NCBI RefSeq assembly: GCF_000981445.1
Contig: NW_012237294.1
Location: forward strand, 1-47,775
Direction of reading: 5' to 3'
DNA: 47,775 nucleotides
From: Babesia bigemina
Taxonomy: Eukaryota
The notes below the pieces were generated by a model, which ran no database searches, had not been told where the DNA came from, and saw only the letters and a list, made by a program, of their open reading frames with translations. Position 1 is the first letter of the stretch. Every line of letters starts with the position of its first letter. Both the position numbers and the translations under genes were made by a program. Shown one piece after another: positions 18,750 through 29,100 of the stretch.

Positions 18750-18817
18750 ATGGTCACGGCAGCGATCACATGGTCACGGCAGCGATGACATGGTCACGGC
18801 AGCGATCACATGGTCAC
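18750..18817. repeat. 20-bp minisatellite (~3 copies)
   Basis: atggtcacggcagcgat(c/g)ac units. Confidence 0.9.
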
Positions 18818-18832
18818 AAGTGGTGATTATTA

Positions 18833-19042
18833 TCCACCCTACATCGCTCCTTATCCACTCTACATCGCTCCCTAGTCCACTCTACATCGCCCCTTTACCC
18901 GCTCTACATCGCCCCTTTACCCACTCTACATCGCCCCTTTACCCACTCTACATCGTTGCCTAACCCACTCCACATCGCCCCTTTACCCACTCTACATCGC
19001 CCCTTTATCCACTCTACATCGCTCCCTAACCCACTCTACATC
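18833..19042. repeat. C-rich 21-22-bp minisatellite
   Basis: Follows linker aagtggtgattattat. Confidence 0.95.
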
Positions 19043-19144
19043 CCTCGAATTACTTCGTCTTATTAACGCTATGACCTTTATAAATGATTATAATAACTTG
19101 TTGATGCCGACCATTCTCTTGCTGACGATGCTACTAAAAGAGCT

Positions 19145-22100
19145 TTGAAGGACATTGACTCCAAGCTCATTAGCCTTGGTCACCTTGCTGGCCAGCTTGG
19201 CGGATTTGTTGGTGAGAGTGAGAGTGTTAAGAAAGCCGTTAAGAATGCTATTAAAGCTTGTTTCGACACTAATAAAGACCTTAAAAATGACCTAAAAGAT
19301 GTTTACTCTTCTCTTGTTACTAACCTTTCTGTGTCTGTCAACTCTGCTGGCCAGGCTGTTGGCACCGAGAAAATTAGTGAGCTTAGTGAGCGAGTTAGTA
19401 AAGAAATTCAGCGTCTTGAAGATCAACTTAAACAGCCTAATAACCATCTTAATAATCTTCCTTCTTCCCCCACTCCCTCTGCTGACCCAGACAAATTGCA
19501 GTCCAAGTTGGACGCTTTGAAGGAAGTGGAGAAGCTTTGTGAATTTTTGACTAATCGTAATAATGCGTCAAATGATCCTAAAAATCTCCTAGATAATTTA
19601 TGTTCCGGCCTCGAAACCTTCCTCGGCTTCAACTCTGATAGTAAAGGCTACACTGGCCAGGGGATTGTGTACTCTGACCTGGATAGGCTGTGTGACGGGG
19701 TGATGGGATTTTTGAGTGGTGTTCTCAGTAACATCCAAGACCATTTAGGGCAGCATAAAGAGCAAATTACAGAAGCTATTAAGTCACTTAACACCAATAA
19801 ACACGCCGGTAAAAAAGGTTTTAATGTTGCGATTGGACAGGTGGTCGCAGGGGTGCGGGGGTATAATGGTAATGTCAGAAATTCCAACAACCATGTCAAG
19901 AGTAAGATAGAAGACTTGTATGACTACGTCGCAGAATCAGGTAAGTTAACTAAGGGGTTTAACGCTTTGCAGGTGACGGATGATCCAAGGCAAGCAGAGA
20001 AGGCTGTGCAGTCGGCAGGGACGTTGGTGACTGGGTGTCTCACTAAAGCGAAAGAGTTCCTGGGAGACCTGGACATGTCCAAAAAAGACATTGATGAGCT
20101 TAATAATAAATTAATGCTTAATGTTTATAATGCTAGAGATATTGTTGAACACGAATATAATAGGCTTAGTCAGCTGTCCGGAAAAGAGAAGAAGGACATG
20201 ATCAGTATGATAGAGAAAATGAGCGAGCGGTTTGCGATGCTAAAGAAAAATATCAACAATCAGATTAATGCAGAGGTGAGTGATGTTGTAGAAAAATTAA
20301 AAGACCGTGTGATCGCAATTAGAAATAAGCTGGAAGGAATTAATACAAGGCTTAAGGAATACGTTCAAAAATTGGAGATTTGGATTAGCGATGCTAAAAA
20401 GTTTATTAAGGAAGCAAACGAGAGATACGTTTCTAAAATAATTAATACTGGTATCGGCTACGTTAATCGGGAGGCGATTAAAGAGAAAGCAGAAGAGTTG
20501 AAAGATAAGGGTGAAGAGGTGTACGGACATTTGCAGTGGGCAAACGAACGTGTAGAAACTCTGTGCGGAGTGGCAAAGCAGAAGGTTGAGGAGTTAGCGA
20601 CCGCAGTTAAAGCGGATCTCTTTCAACTTAAACAGGAGATTCAGACAGGGATGGACAAATATGTTCGGGATTATATCAACTTGGTTAAAAAGAAGGTTGT
20701 GAATATTAACGACAATGAGGGTGACGGTCTAAAAAAGATGGAGACCGAAGTGAAGGCTTGGGCCCAGACGTTTAGTAGTCAGGATGCATTTGGGATAACA
20801 GTTGAGGGTTGGATTGAAGATATTTTAGAGAAAGATGAATTTGTGCGCAACCTCTTTCCCGCGTACGTTAACGTCAATCTAAAATTTAAAAGGATGCTTG
20901 TAGCATCTGTTTTCAAAAAACATCTCATGAAGGGCTACATTGACCAAGCAGGCCAAGCGGTATCAAGGTTGTATGATAAGGTAGAAGCTACGCATGCCAA
21001 CTCGAAATTGCAAATCTATGTTACGGCCGTCAAGGATGGTATAGATGAATTCGTGCGTTTGCTTGGAAGTAAGATAAATGGTTCAGGGGCATCTGACTTC
21101 GTGAAACAAATTGCCACGGGGATTCATGATAATGAAAGCATCGTATCATTACCAAAGAAACACGGTAATGCTCCACCTAACCTTATCCATGGTGTTAAAT
21201 ATGCTCTCAATCAGCTAGTTTGTGTCGGTAGACAAAAAGCCGCAGACCTTGAATGGTTCATTGGCAAAGGTGAAAAAAAAGGCAACACACCAAACGTGGA
21301 CGTTGCCCTCAAAATCGTTGATGAGCTTAATGCAAATTTTACGGATGCAATTAAGCTGGGCATAGAAATTTCTGAAGATGCCAAAACGTATAATCCATAC
21401 GCAACCGACTCCGGAACACCTATTAGTCTCGACGTTAATATAGCAAAGACAATCGGTGACGCACTGGATAGGCAGATTGGCAAGAATTCTAATATTCGTG
21501 GTAGGGATAATCAAATAGAGAACCTCGACAAACTGGCGCATTCCTTTGGAACGAGTGCAAAGGGCATTGGATCCAGGCGGAAACTCAATGACGCTATCGA
21601 CGAAATTAAAAATGACCTAGCCGAAGCATTTAAATTCAATGTGGAGAATAAGTATGTGAAAAGCAAAGAAGCTTTGCGAAAAGGACAGAAAGCCGAAGAT
21701 GGCGAGTTACACAAGTTGTATAACGAAATTAAAGGTCATCTCGACAAGCTCACCCAGGAGTTCTCTGAGACCGGTGAAAAAGTCAATTGGTATTTCAGCG
21801 TTCTTACGGGCGACATGATTAACCGAGATCTCACCGATATTATGACTAACCTCTACGAAGTACAGAACGGTTTGGCTGGTGCTATTCAGGACTGCCTGAA
21901 TCTTGAAAAATTCGCCACGGACCAATGCACTGCAACCATCAGAACTCTCACATCCATTGTCGACGATCAAGTTCAGCGATCTAAAACAGCAATAACAATT
22001 GAGGTGCAAGATCGATACGTCTCCTCCATCCGCGGGTTGTTGAAGGCTTTCGCCGATAAAGTTTACAAGGAACTTCATGAGTTGCCTGATGCAATTGAAA

Positions 22101-24676
22101 GAGACAAGCGTATTGGCTTCAAGGGTTTCATGGAAAAAGTGGAAATTAACATAAACGTATTTTCTAATAAAGACGACTTGAATTCCCTCGCGACCGATGT
22201 TAATAACGCATCACGTAAGCTGATAGGTTACATTATGCCAGAAATACATGTAATGTCCCCGGTACGTTCTCAACTCACAAATATCAAAGACGCATGTGAT
22301 GCACTTTTCACACCGCTATCTCATTGCAAACATACGCCTTATGATCATCATTTCACAAGTAGGCTTGCGAAGCTCAAAGGCCACCTCAATGCCTGTTCAC
22401 CTGAGCAATTCGAGGGACCTGCTAACTCAAAGCTTATTGACGTCATGAGAAGCGGTTGGGAAGCACTTGTTAACGAATTGAGCAAAGCATACGTAAACAC
22501 GTACTCAGGTGAGACAACTAAGTGGGATGACGAGAATAATCCGGAAACAAAGTACTGCGCCAAGATTTTCCTCACCATCTCAAGCACAATTTACGATGAT
22601 TTTAAAAGGTTGCATTACAAGTGCAAACGCGATTGGAATGACCGACGCCTCTGCGAAACGAATGAAGGCAGAGATAATCAACTCGGTCTGTTCCTGAAAC
22701 GTGGTGGTTATGAGGTGGCGAGGGATGAGGGTTCCAAGGACGGCGAGTTGAACTTTTTCTCGACTACATACAGTGGTCGAAACATTTTTGGAATACTTGA
22801 TAAAGTCATATACGTAGCACAGCATGAACACGTACCGCAGTGTAGATCACCGAAGAAGACGCATAACTTCAACATCATCGATTTCATCGAATGCCTTGTC
22901 GACCACATCAACGATTACAACGACGTATGCCACTACTCCACGTTCACCTCCAAAAAGCAGCCGTGTTCAGTGTATGAGATGTTATGTTGGCTGACGGGCC
23001 TCCCTCACAACCCTGCGTATACGTCATTGCTGAACGAAGCCCTCCCTCCGTTATTTGAGTCACCCAAACCAGCCAAAACAATCGAAGATGATGTCGAATT
23101 TGAGGTTGTAGACCACGGGGTCTTCTACATGGACACCTATCCACAGAAGACCACATACAATGACATCGAAAAGGTGATCACCGACATATGTTCCATATCC
23201 TACGATGTGGCAACCTGCATTGCTGGCACTGGCGATGCGGAAACCGTCTATGGCAGTGACTTGTGTACTAATTCTATGAAATTCCGTTATCCAACGTCAG
23301 GTGAAGAATGTCTCGACATGTTCCTCGACATCCTACGCCGATTGTTCCCGCCGCTTAAATTCCTACAAATGCAGTGTAGTGTGAGCGAATTACACAACGG
23401 TTGGCGCAAGTGTTACTACGGTAGAGACGTCTCATCTGCCAACTTGCCGTGTAAAGAGCACTCAAGCGACAAATCAAAGTGCCAACCAAATTGCAAAGCA
23501 AAGTATGAACCAAAATGCCAACCAAAATCGCCACTTCAATCGTACCTAAGCGACTGTCTATCCGGTCACCTTCCTCATGTTGTAACATCCATTGGCTGCA
23601 AATCAGAATGCGCCACTTGCCCTAGAAGCAAGCCAGGAATGCCGTGTATCACTCCACTTGGGTTCAGAGGCTTCTCTGGGTCTACCCGTAGAGGTAGGGA
23701 TATATGTGACGTGCTTGATAGATGGTTCAAGATAAGCAATTTCAACAATCTTTTCTGCCTCGTGCTAAATACGCCGAAAAGCCTTCCGGATCACTTCGGT
23801 TTCGCTCTGTCGCTTGCCAGTGGTCTAACTGCGAGGAAACCGTCGTATGATGATACCATAAAAACGGTCGGCGATACGTTCAAAGCCGCCATGCAAAATG
23901 TATCTATGAAATTATATGAAGACACATCCAAACTCGTGGGAGGTATAACGGACGCATACGGTTCGGAGTTAAGTACTCACTCCAAATGCGAAGACCACCA
24001 CCTTGTCAGTCTCACACGTTACGGCACGTGTGACGAGGAGGGATTGTATTCTGCTCCTTTCCTGTATTCACTGTCCACCGATTACTGTGACTACCGCCGT
24101 AAGAAACATGCTGGTACTTATCTCTCCTGGGCTGTATACCTCCCTTGGGATTTCTGGAAATATCTTAAAAGTCTCTACGAAGAATTCTGTAACATTAAAT
24201 GCCAGAACTGGGGATGTCGTCCGTGTTTGCACGGCACTACCTGCAAGGCCGGAGAGCATGGTATTATAGACACGTCGTGCAAATGCTCGTCTGTTGTGAA
24301 CTGCAGAGGCGTGTTGCCCACCCTGTATAAATATGGGTTTACATTCGCAAATGCTGCAAACTTGTCGGCAGATAAGAAAACTTGTTTCTATCTCCACACT
24401 CAATTGAATAACGTTATCAAATCAAAATACTTCACAAACCTCTTCGAAGAATGTGACAATTTCCTATATTATATCCGTTTCCCCTTCATGACACTAACAC
24501 TTGCCCTCTGGCTCCTCACTCTGTTGTACCTCCTCCACATAATGGTCATCCGCCTCGACCTGCTCCACATCAAATCGCATTTGCATAGTCCCTCGTCACA
24601 TCGCATCGCCGCTCAATCGCTACTCGCCGCCGCACGCGTTAACAAGCTTAACAGGGTGTTTTATCTGCAACCATAA
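19145..24676 (+). CDS. ves: ves/VESA-like variant surface antigen (gene 4), tail ARVNKLNRVFYLQP; true start uncertain
   Basis: 1843-codon ORF with family motifs; track start is TTG, leader ATG 19071 is out of frame, first in-frame ATG 19703. Confidence 0.88.
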   Translation: MKDIDSKLISLGHLAGQLGGFVGESESVKKAVKNAIKACFDTNKDLKNDLKDVYSSLVTNLSVSVNSAGQAVGTEKISELSERVSKEIQRLEDQLKQPNNHLNNLPSSPTPSADPDKLQSKLDALKEVEKLCEFLTNRNNASNDPKNLLDNLCSGLETFLGFNSDSKGYTGQGIVYSDLDRLCDGVMGFLSGVLSNIQDHLGQHKEQITEAIKSLNTNKHAGKKGFNVAIGQVVAGVRGYNGNVRNSNNHVKSKIEDLYDYVAESGKLTKGFNALQVTDDPRQAEKAVQSAGTLVTGCLTKAKEFLGDLDMSKKDIDELNNKLMLNVYNARDIVEHEYNRLSQLSGKEKKDMISMIEKMSERFAMLKKNINNQINAEVSDVVEKLKDRVIAIRNKLEGINTRLKEYVQKLEIWISDAKKFIKEANERYVSKIINTGIGYVNREAIKEKAEELKDKGEEVYGHLQWANERVETLCGVAKQKVEELATAVKADLFQLKQEIQTGMDKYVRDYINLVKKKVVNINDNEGDGLKKMETEVKAWAQTFSSQDAFGITVEGWIEDILEKDEFVRNLFPAYVNVNLKFKRMLVASVFKKHLMKGYIDQAGQAVSRLYDKVEATHANSKLQIYVTAVKDGIDEFVRLLGSKINGSGASDFVKQIATGIHDNESIVSLPKKHGNAPPNLIHGVKYALNQLVCVGRQKAADLEWFIGKGEKKGNTPNVDVALKIVDELNANFTDAIKLGIEISEDAKTYNPYATDSGTPISLDVNIAKTIGDALDRQIGKNSNIRGRDNQIENLDKLAHSFGTSAKGIGSRRKLNDAIDEIKNDLAEAFKFNVENKYVKSKEALRKGQKAEDGELHKLYNEIKGHLDKLTQEFSETGEKVNWYFSVLTGDMINRDLTDIMTNLYEVQNGLAGAIQDCLNLEKFATDQCTATIRTLTSIVDDQVQRSKTAITIEVQDRYVSSIRGLLKAFADKVYKELHELPDAIERDKRIGFKGFMEKVEININVFSNKDDLNSLATDVNNASRKLIGYIMPEIHVMSPVRSQLTNIKDACDALFTPLSHCKHTPYDHHFTSRLAKLKGHLNACSPEQFEGPANSKLIDVMRSGWEALVNELSKAYVNTYSGETTKWDDENNPETKYCAKIFLTISSTIYDDFKRLHYKCKRDWNDRRLCETNEGRDNQLGLFLKRGGYEVARDEGSKDGELNFFSTTYSGRNIFGILDKVIYVAQHEHVPQCRSPKKTHNFNIIDFIECLVDHINDYNDVCHYSTFTSKKQPCSVYEMLCWLTGLPHNPAYTSLLNEALPPLFESPKPAKTIEDDVEFEVVDHGVFYMDTYPQKTTYNDIEKVITDICSISYDVATCIAGTGDAETVYGSDLCTNSMKFRYPTSGEECLDMFLDILRRLFPPLKFLQMQCSVSELHNGWRKCYYGRDVSSANLPCKEHSSDKSKCQPNCKAKYEPKCQPKSPLQSYLSDCLSGHLPHVVTSIGCKSECATCPRSKPGMPCITPLGFRGFSGSTRRGRDICDVLDRWFKISNFNNLFCLVLNTPKSLPDHFGFALSLASGLTARKPSYDDTIKTVGDTFKAAMQNVSMKLYEDTSKLVGGITDAYGSELSTHSKCEDHHLVSLTRYGTCDEEGLYSAPFLYSLSTDYCDYRRKKHAGTYLSWAVYLPWDFWKYLKSLYEEFCNIKCQNWGCRPCLHGTTCKAGEHGIIDTSCKCSSVVNCRGVLPTLYKYGFTFANAANLSADKKTCFYLHTQLNNVIKSKYFTNLFEECDNFLYYIRFPFMTLTLALWLLTLLYLLHIMVIRLDLLHIKSHLHSPSSHRIAAQSLLAAARVNKLNRVFYLQP

Positions 24677-24795
24677 TCGTACTCACGTGTTTACTATCTA
24701 CACTCACCTAGCATATCACCTACTCACCTAACTTATGAATTGTGCTTTAATCTGTTGTATCACTCATTGATCGTTGTATGTGATTGTGTATTAGT

Positions 24796-25452
24796 TAACT
24801 AAAGTGCTGACCAATGCCATGACCAAAGTGGTGACCAAACTGCTGACCAAAGTGCTGACCAATGTGCTGACCAAGGTGCTGAACAAGGTGCTGACCAACG
24901 CGTTGACCAATGCCATGACCAAAGTGCTGACCAATGTGCTAACCAAGGTGCCGACCAATGTGGTGACCAATGTGTTGACCAAAGTGGTGACCAATGCCAT
25001 GACCAGAGTGGTGACCAAAGTGGTGACCAATGTGGTGACCAATGTGGTGACCAATGTGTTGACCAAAGTGTTGACCAAGGTGCTGACCAACGCCATGACC
25101 AACGTGTTGACCAATGTGCTGCCCAAAGTGTTGACCAACTTGGTGACCAACGTGCTGACCTAAGTGCTGACCAATGTGCTGACCAATGTGCTGACCTAAG
25201 TGCTGACCAATGTGCTGACCAAAGTGTTGACCAATGCCATGACCAAAGTGGTGACCAATGCCATGACCAAAGTGTTGACCAATGTGCTGACCAATGTGTT
25301 GACCAACGTGCTGACCAATGCCATGACCAAAGTGTTAACCAAAGTGGTGACCAAGCACCTGACCAAAGTGCTGACCAATGTGCTGCCCAATGCCATGACC
25401 AAAGTGTTGACCAATGTGCTGACCAAAGTGGTGACCAAGGTGCTGACCAAGT
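24796..25452. repeat. 12-bp minisatellite
   Basis: Long tandem GTGCTGACCAAN array. Confidence 0.95.
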
Positions 25453-25454
25453 TG

Positions 25455-25700
25455 ATGGTCACGGCAGCGGTGACATGGTTACGGCAGCGATGACATGGTA
25501 AAGGCAGCGGTGACATGGTAAAGGCAGCGGTGACATGGTAAAGGCAGCGATGACATGGTCACGGCAGCGATGACAGTGGTGACGGCAGCGATGACATGGT
25601 AACGGCAGCGATGACATGGTAACGGCAGCGATGACATGGTTACGGCAGCGATGACATGGTTACGGCAGCGATGACATGGTTACGGCAGGGATGACAGTGG
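25455..25700. repeat. 20-bp minisatellite
   Basis: Tandem a(c/a)ggcagcg(a/g)tgacatggt(a/c/t). Confidence 0.95.
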
Positions 25701-25733
25701 TGAGCAAGCACCTGACCTAAGTGGTGATTATTA

Positions 25734-26036
25734 CCCACTCTACATCGCTCCTTTATCCACTCCACATCGCTCCCTATCCCACTCTACATCGCTCCCTAAC
25801 CCACTCTACATCGCCCCTTTACCCACTCCACATCGCTCCTTAATCCACTCTACATCGCCCTTTATCCACTCTACATCGCTCCTTACTCCACTCTACATCG
25901 CCCCTTTATCCACTCTACATCGCCCCTTAACCCACTCTACATCGCTCCTTAACCCACTCCACATCGCTCCTTTACCCACTCTACATCGCCCCTTAATCCA
26001 CTCTACATCGCCCCTTTATACACTCTACATCGCCCC
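25734..26036. repeat. C-rich 21-22-bp minisatellite
   Basis: Follows linker aagtggtgattatta. Confidence 0.95.
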
Positions 26037-26178
26037 GACTGGCCCTTTCACTTAATTTTGCAAATTTTCTTCGTCCCCTAAAATTTGCCTAAATCGCCTC
26101 CAAAAATTTACCTTGACCGAACTTGACCAAATTTTGGTCATCTTAATCTCCCTCACTTCTCTCACCTCCCTCTCCACC
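26033..26178. repeat. Single copy of the 156-bp element, fused to the truncated ves gene 5
   Basis: gactggccctttcacttaattttgcaaa...ctccctctccacc is colinear with the units at 124-777. Confidence 0.85.
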
Positions 26179-28440
26179 TACAACCGCCCCTTCCTCACCC
26201 ACCTCTCCGCCCTTTCTGCCCTCCTCGACACCATCCGCCCCGCATCCTACTCCGACGACAGCAACCCCCTGCTCGAGTGTCTTAAAAAAGGCGTGCAGGC
26301 GTTGCACGATGAGCTTGACAAGGCGTACGTGTCAGTTTACGACAGTGAGACGTTCGGTGCTGAGCTCGTGGAAAAAGAAAAATTAACGCCGTATGGCACT
26401 AAGTTAGCCAAGGTGTTCATGTCCATCTTTGAAATGATGCATGAAGACCTGAGCTATTTAAAGAACCAATGCATCTCCAAATGGCACAACCGTAGAATAT
26501 ATTCAGGCAGCAGTATGGGCACGTTCTTAAGCAATTGCGGTTACACTGTATCTAATCACGATTCCCACCAGAACGGGGAGCTGCGTAACAAGGCAGAATG
26601 CGACGGTAAGCACATATATAGTACACTTGTCGGAGGATTCAGTCACGTTTACAATTCTCGTGAAGATACGAAAAACGCGTTTCAAAACTTATACGATCAC
26701 ATTCCCACCTATTACCGTGTGTGTCAACTACCCACTTTCTCCTCAACTCGCCGCCCATGTTCCATATATGAAATGCTCCGTTGGCTTAGCGGCTTGCCAT
26801 ACAACGCTGTATATCTCGACCTCATGTCGGATGATTTCGCCGACCTATTCGACAAGCCAAAAGAGGCAAAAACGGAGAGCATTAGTTTAGACGGCATCTC
26901 TCTAGAAGATCAAACTCCAAATACCTTGAATGCCTATCCACAGAAAATTAAGCGCAGTGATTTACATGATGCAATAACGCATATTACGTCCCTTGCTCCC
27001 ACAGTGCTCACAACTGTTGTTGGCTACGGAGATGCGTACTCAATGTACGCAGTTGACTACTACTGCAACGCACCTTCTTTCGTTTACCCATCATCAGCTG
27101 CGGATTGTCTGACCATGTTGATCGAATTACTTCGTCGATTATTACCTGTATTCAGATTCTTGCATAACCGTTGTAGAAACATGGCGTCCGAGTACGGTTG
27201 GTATCAGTGCCGCTACGGCACAACTATCGACTCTTCCAACTGGCACTGCAGTGATCACTCCAAAACCAAAGTTGATTGTCAACCTACGTCTCCGTTGATG
27301 TCGTACCTAAAAGACAGTCTTCCTGGTCATTTACCGCATCATGTTACCAATGTTGACTGCAAATCATCCTGTTCAACGTGCCCTAAAAACCTGCCTGGGC
27401 AGCCGTGTTTAACACCGCTTGGATTCAGAGGTTTCTCGGGATCCACGAAAACAGGGAAAGACATATGTAACGTGCTGACCAAATTCTTTGCCAACGCCCA
27501 TCTTACAACGCTACTCTGCGTCATACCCAAACCGCCATCCACATTGCCGGAACACTTTGAATTCACGTTATCCCTCACGAAGGGTTGGCATAGCAAAATA
27601 GTTCCTTTGCCTCTGACGTGGGTGAAAGAGTGCATTAAAGAACAATCGATTGCCCTGTATAACGACACCGCACAACTCACCAACGCGCTGAGTAACGCCT
27701 ACAATAGCAATCATGGTGGTAACGGCGAAAGGCACCCTGCGGCTGAACGTGCTGACCTATCAAGCCTCTCGATGACGAAGTCATGTTTATATTCTAATGC
27801 GGATAACATTCAATGTTCCCCCTACTTATATGCCTTATGCAGCGATACTTATCATCTACTTGCCAAGAAACATTGCAACCTATATCTCTCATGGGCGGTA
27901 TACCTACCATGGACATTCTATGGCTACCTTCAAGCCCTATGCCAATCCTTCGGCAACATTTCTTGCCAAGACTGGGGCTGCAGCAGATGCGGTAACGGCA
28001 CCAAATGTAAGAAGGGAAAGCACGGCATCGATAACTGCAAGTGTAAAGGTATCCTAGAATGCCGCGGCGTACTAAGCACATTCTACAGCTACGGTTTCAC
28101 ATATGGAAATCCTGAAGTACTGTTAAACAAAGAAGGTAAACGTTACTGCCACAACTTCTATCAACAACTAAAAAATCTTTTAAATTCCAAGTGCTTCACA
28201 GACCTATTCAGAGAGTGCGACAAATTCATATTCACTATCCGCGCACCGTTCCTGTGGATGACCGTCGCACTCTGGTCACTATCACTCTTCTACCTCATCT
28301 GCGTAATGGTTGGCAGACTGGATGTGCTCCACATACGCTCACACCTGAGATCACCATCATCGCACAAGATTACAGCGCAATCGCTGTTGGCTGCAGCGCA
28401 GGTCGGAAGGCTTGCCAAGATATCGTATCTACAACCGTGA
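26113..28440 (+). CDS. ves: ves/VESA-like, C-terminal portion only (gene 5; 5'-truncated), tail AQVGRLAKISYLQP
   Basis: 775-codon ORF; the first ~22 codons derive from the 156-bp element, ves homology starts ~26179; track start is TTG, first ATG 26419. Confidence 0.83.
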   Translation: MTELDQILVILISLTSLTSLSTYNRPFLTHLSALSALLDTIRPASYSDDSNPLLECLKKGVQALHDELDKAYVSVYDSETFGAELVEKEKLTPYGTKLAKVFMSIFEMMHEDLSYLKNQCISKWHNRRIYSGSSMGTFLSNCGYTVSNHDSHQNGELRNKAECDGKHIYSTLVGGFSHVYNSREDTKNAFQNLYDHIPTYYRVCQLPTFSSTRRPCSIYEMLRWLSGLPYNAVYLDLMSDDFADLFDKPKEAKTESISLDGISLEDQTPNTLNAYPQKIKRSDLHDAITHITSLAPTVLTTVVGYGDAYSMYAVDYYCNAPSFVYPSSAADCLTMLIELLRRLLPVFRFLHNRCRNMASEYGWYQCRYGTTIDSSNWHCSDHSKTKVDCQPTSPLMSYLKDSLPGHLPHHVTNVDCKSSCSTCPKNLPGQPCLTPLGFRGFSGSTKTGKDICNVLTKFFANAHLTTLLCVIPKPPSTLPEHFEFTLSLTKGWHSKIVPLPLTWVKECIKEQSIALYNDTAQLTNALSNAYNSNHGGNGERHPAAERADLSSLSMTKSCLYSNADNIQCSPYLYALCSDTYHLLAKKHCNLYLSWAVYLPWTFYGYLQALCQSFGNISCQDWGCSRCGNGTKCKKGKHGIDNCKCKGILECRGVLSTFYSYGFTYGNPEVLLNKEGKRYCHNFYQQLKNLLNSKCFTDLFRECDKFIFTIRAPFLWMTVALWSLSLFYLICVMVGRLDVLHIRSHLRSPSSHKITAQSLLAAAQVGRLAKISYLQP

Positions 28441-28555
28441 TCATCGTCACATTTGTAACTCACACAACTCACCTAGCATCACCTACTCACCTAAATACCA
28501 AACGTAGTCTAATGTCTCGAATTACTCATTAATTGTTGTATGTGATTGTGGAATA

Positions 28556-28687
28556 GTTAACTAAAGTGGTGACTTATGTGCTGACCAATGCCATGACCAA
28601 AGTGCTGACCAAGCACCTGACCAATGTGCTGACCAATGTCATGACCAATGCCATGACCAGAGTGCTGAACAAGCACCTGACTAAGTT
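28556..28687. repeat. 12-bp minisatellite (short)
   Basis: gtgctgaccaat/gccatgaccaaa/gcacctgacc units. Confidence 0.9.
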
Positions 28688-28688
28688 G

Positions 28689-28753
28689 ATGGTTACGGCA
28701 GCGATGACATGGTCACGGCAGCGATGACATGGGCACGGCAGCGATGACATGGT
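28689..28753. repeat. 20-bp minisatellite (~3 copies)
   Basis: acggcagcgatgacatgg units. Confidence 0.9.
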
Positions 28754-28774
28754 GACCAAAGTGGTGATTATTAT

Positions 28775-29074
28775 CCACCTTACATCGCCCCTTTATCCAC
28801 TCTACATCGCTCCTTTATCCACTCTACATCGCCCCTTAACCCACTCTACATCGCTCCCTAATCCACACTACATCGCTCCCTAATCCACACTACATCGCTC
28901 CCTTATCCACTCTACATCGCCCCTTTATCCACTCTACATCGCCCCTTTATCCACTCTACATCGCTCCCTAACCCACTCCACATCGCTCCTTAACCCACTC
29001 TACATCGCCCCTTAATCCACTCTACATCGCCCCTTTATCCACTCTACATCGCTCCCTAACCCACTCTACATCGC
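28775..29074. repeat. C-rich 21-22-bp minisatellite
   Basis: Follows linker aagtggtgattattat. Confidence 0.95.
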
Positions 29075-29100
29075 TCGATTTACCTCGCCATATTACCGCT

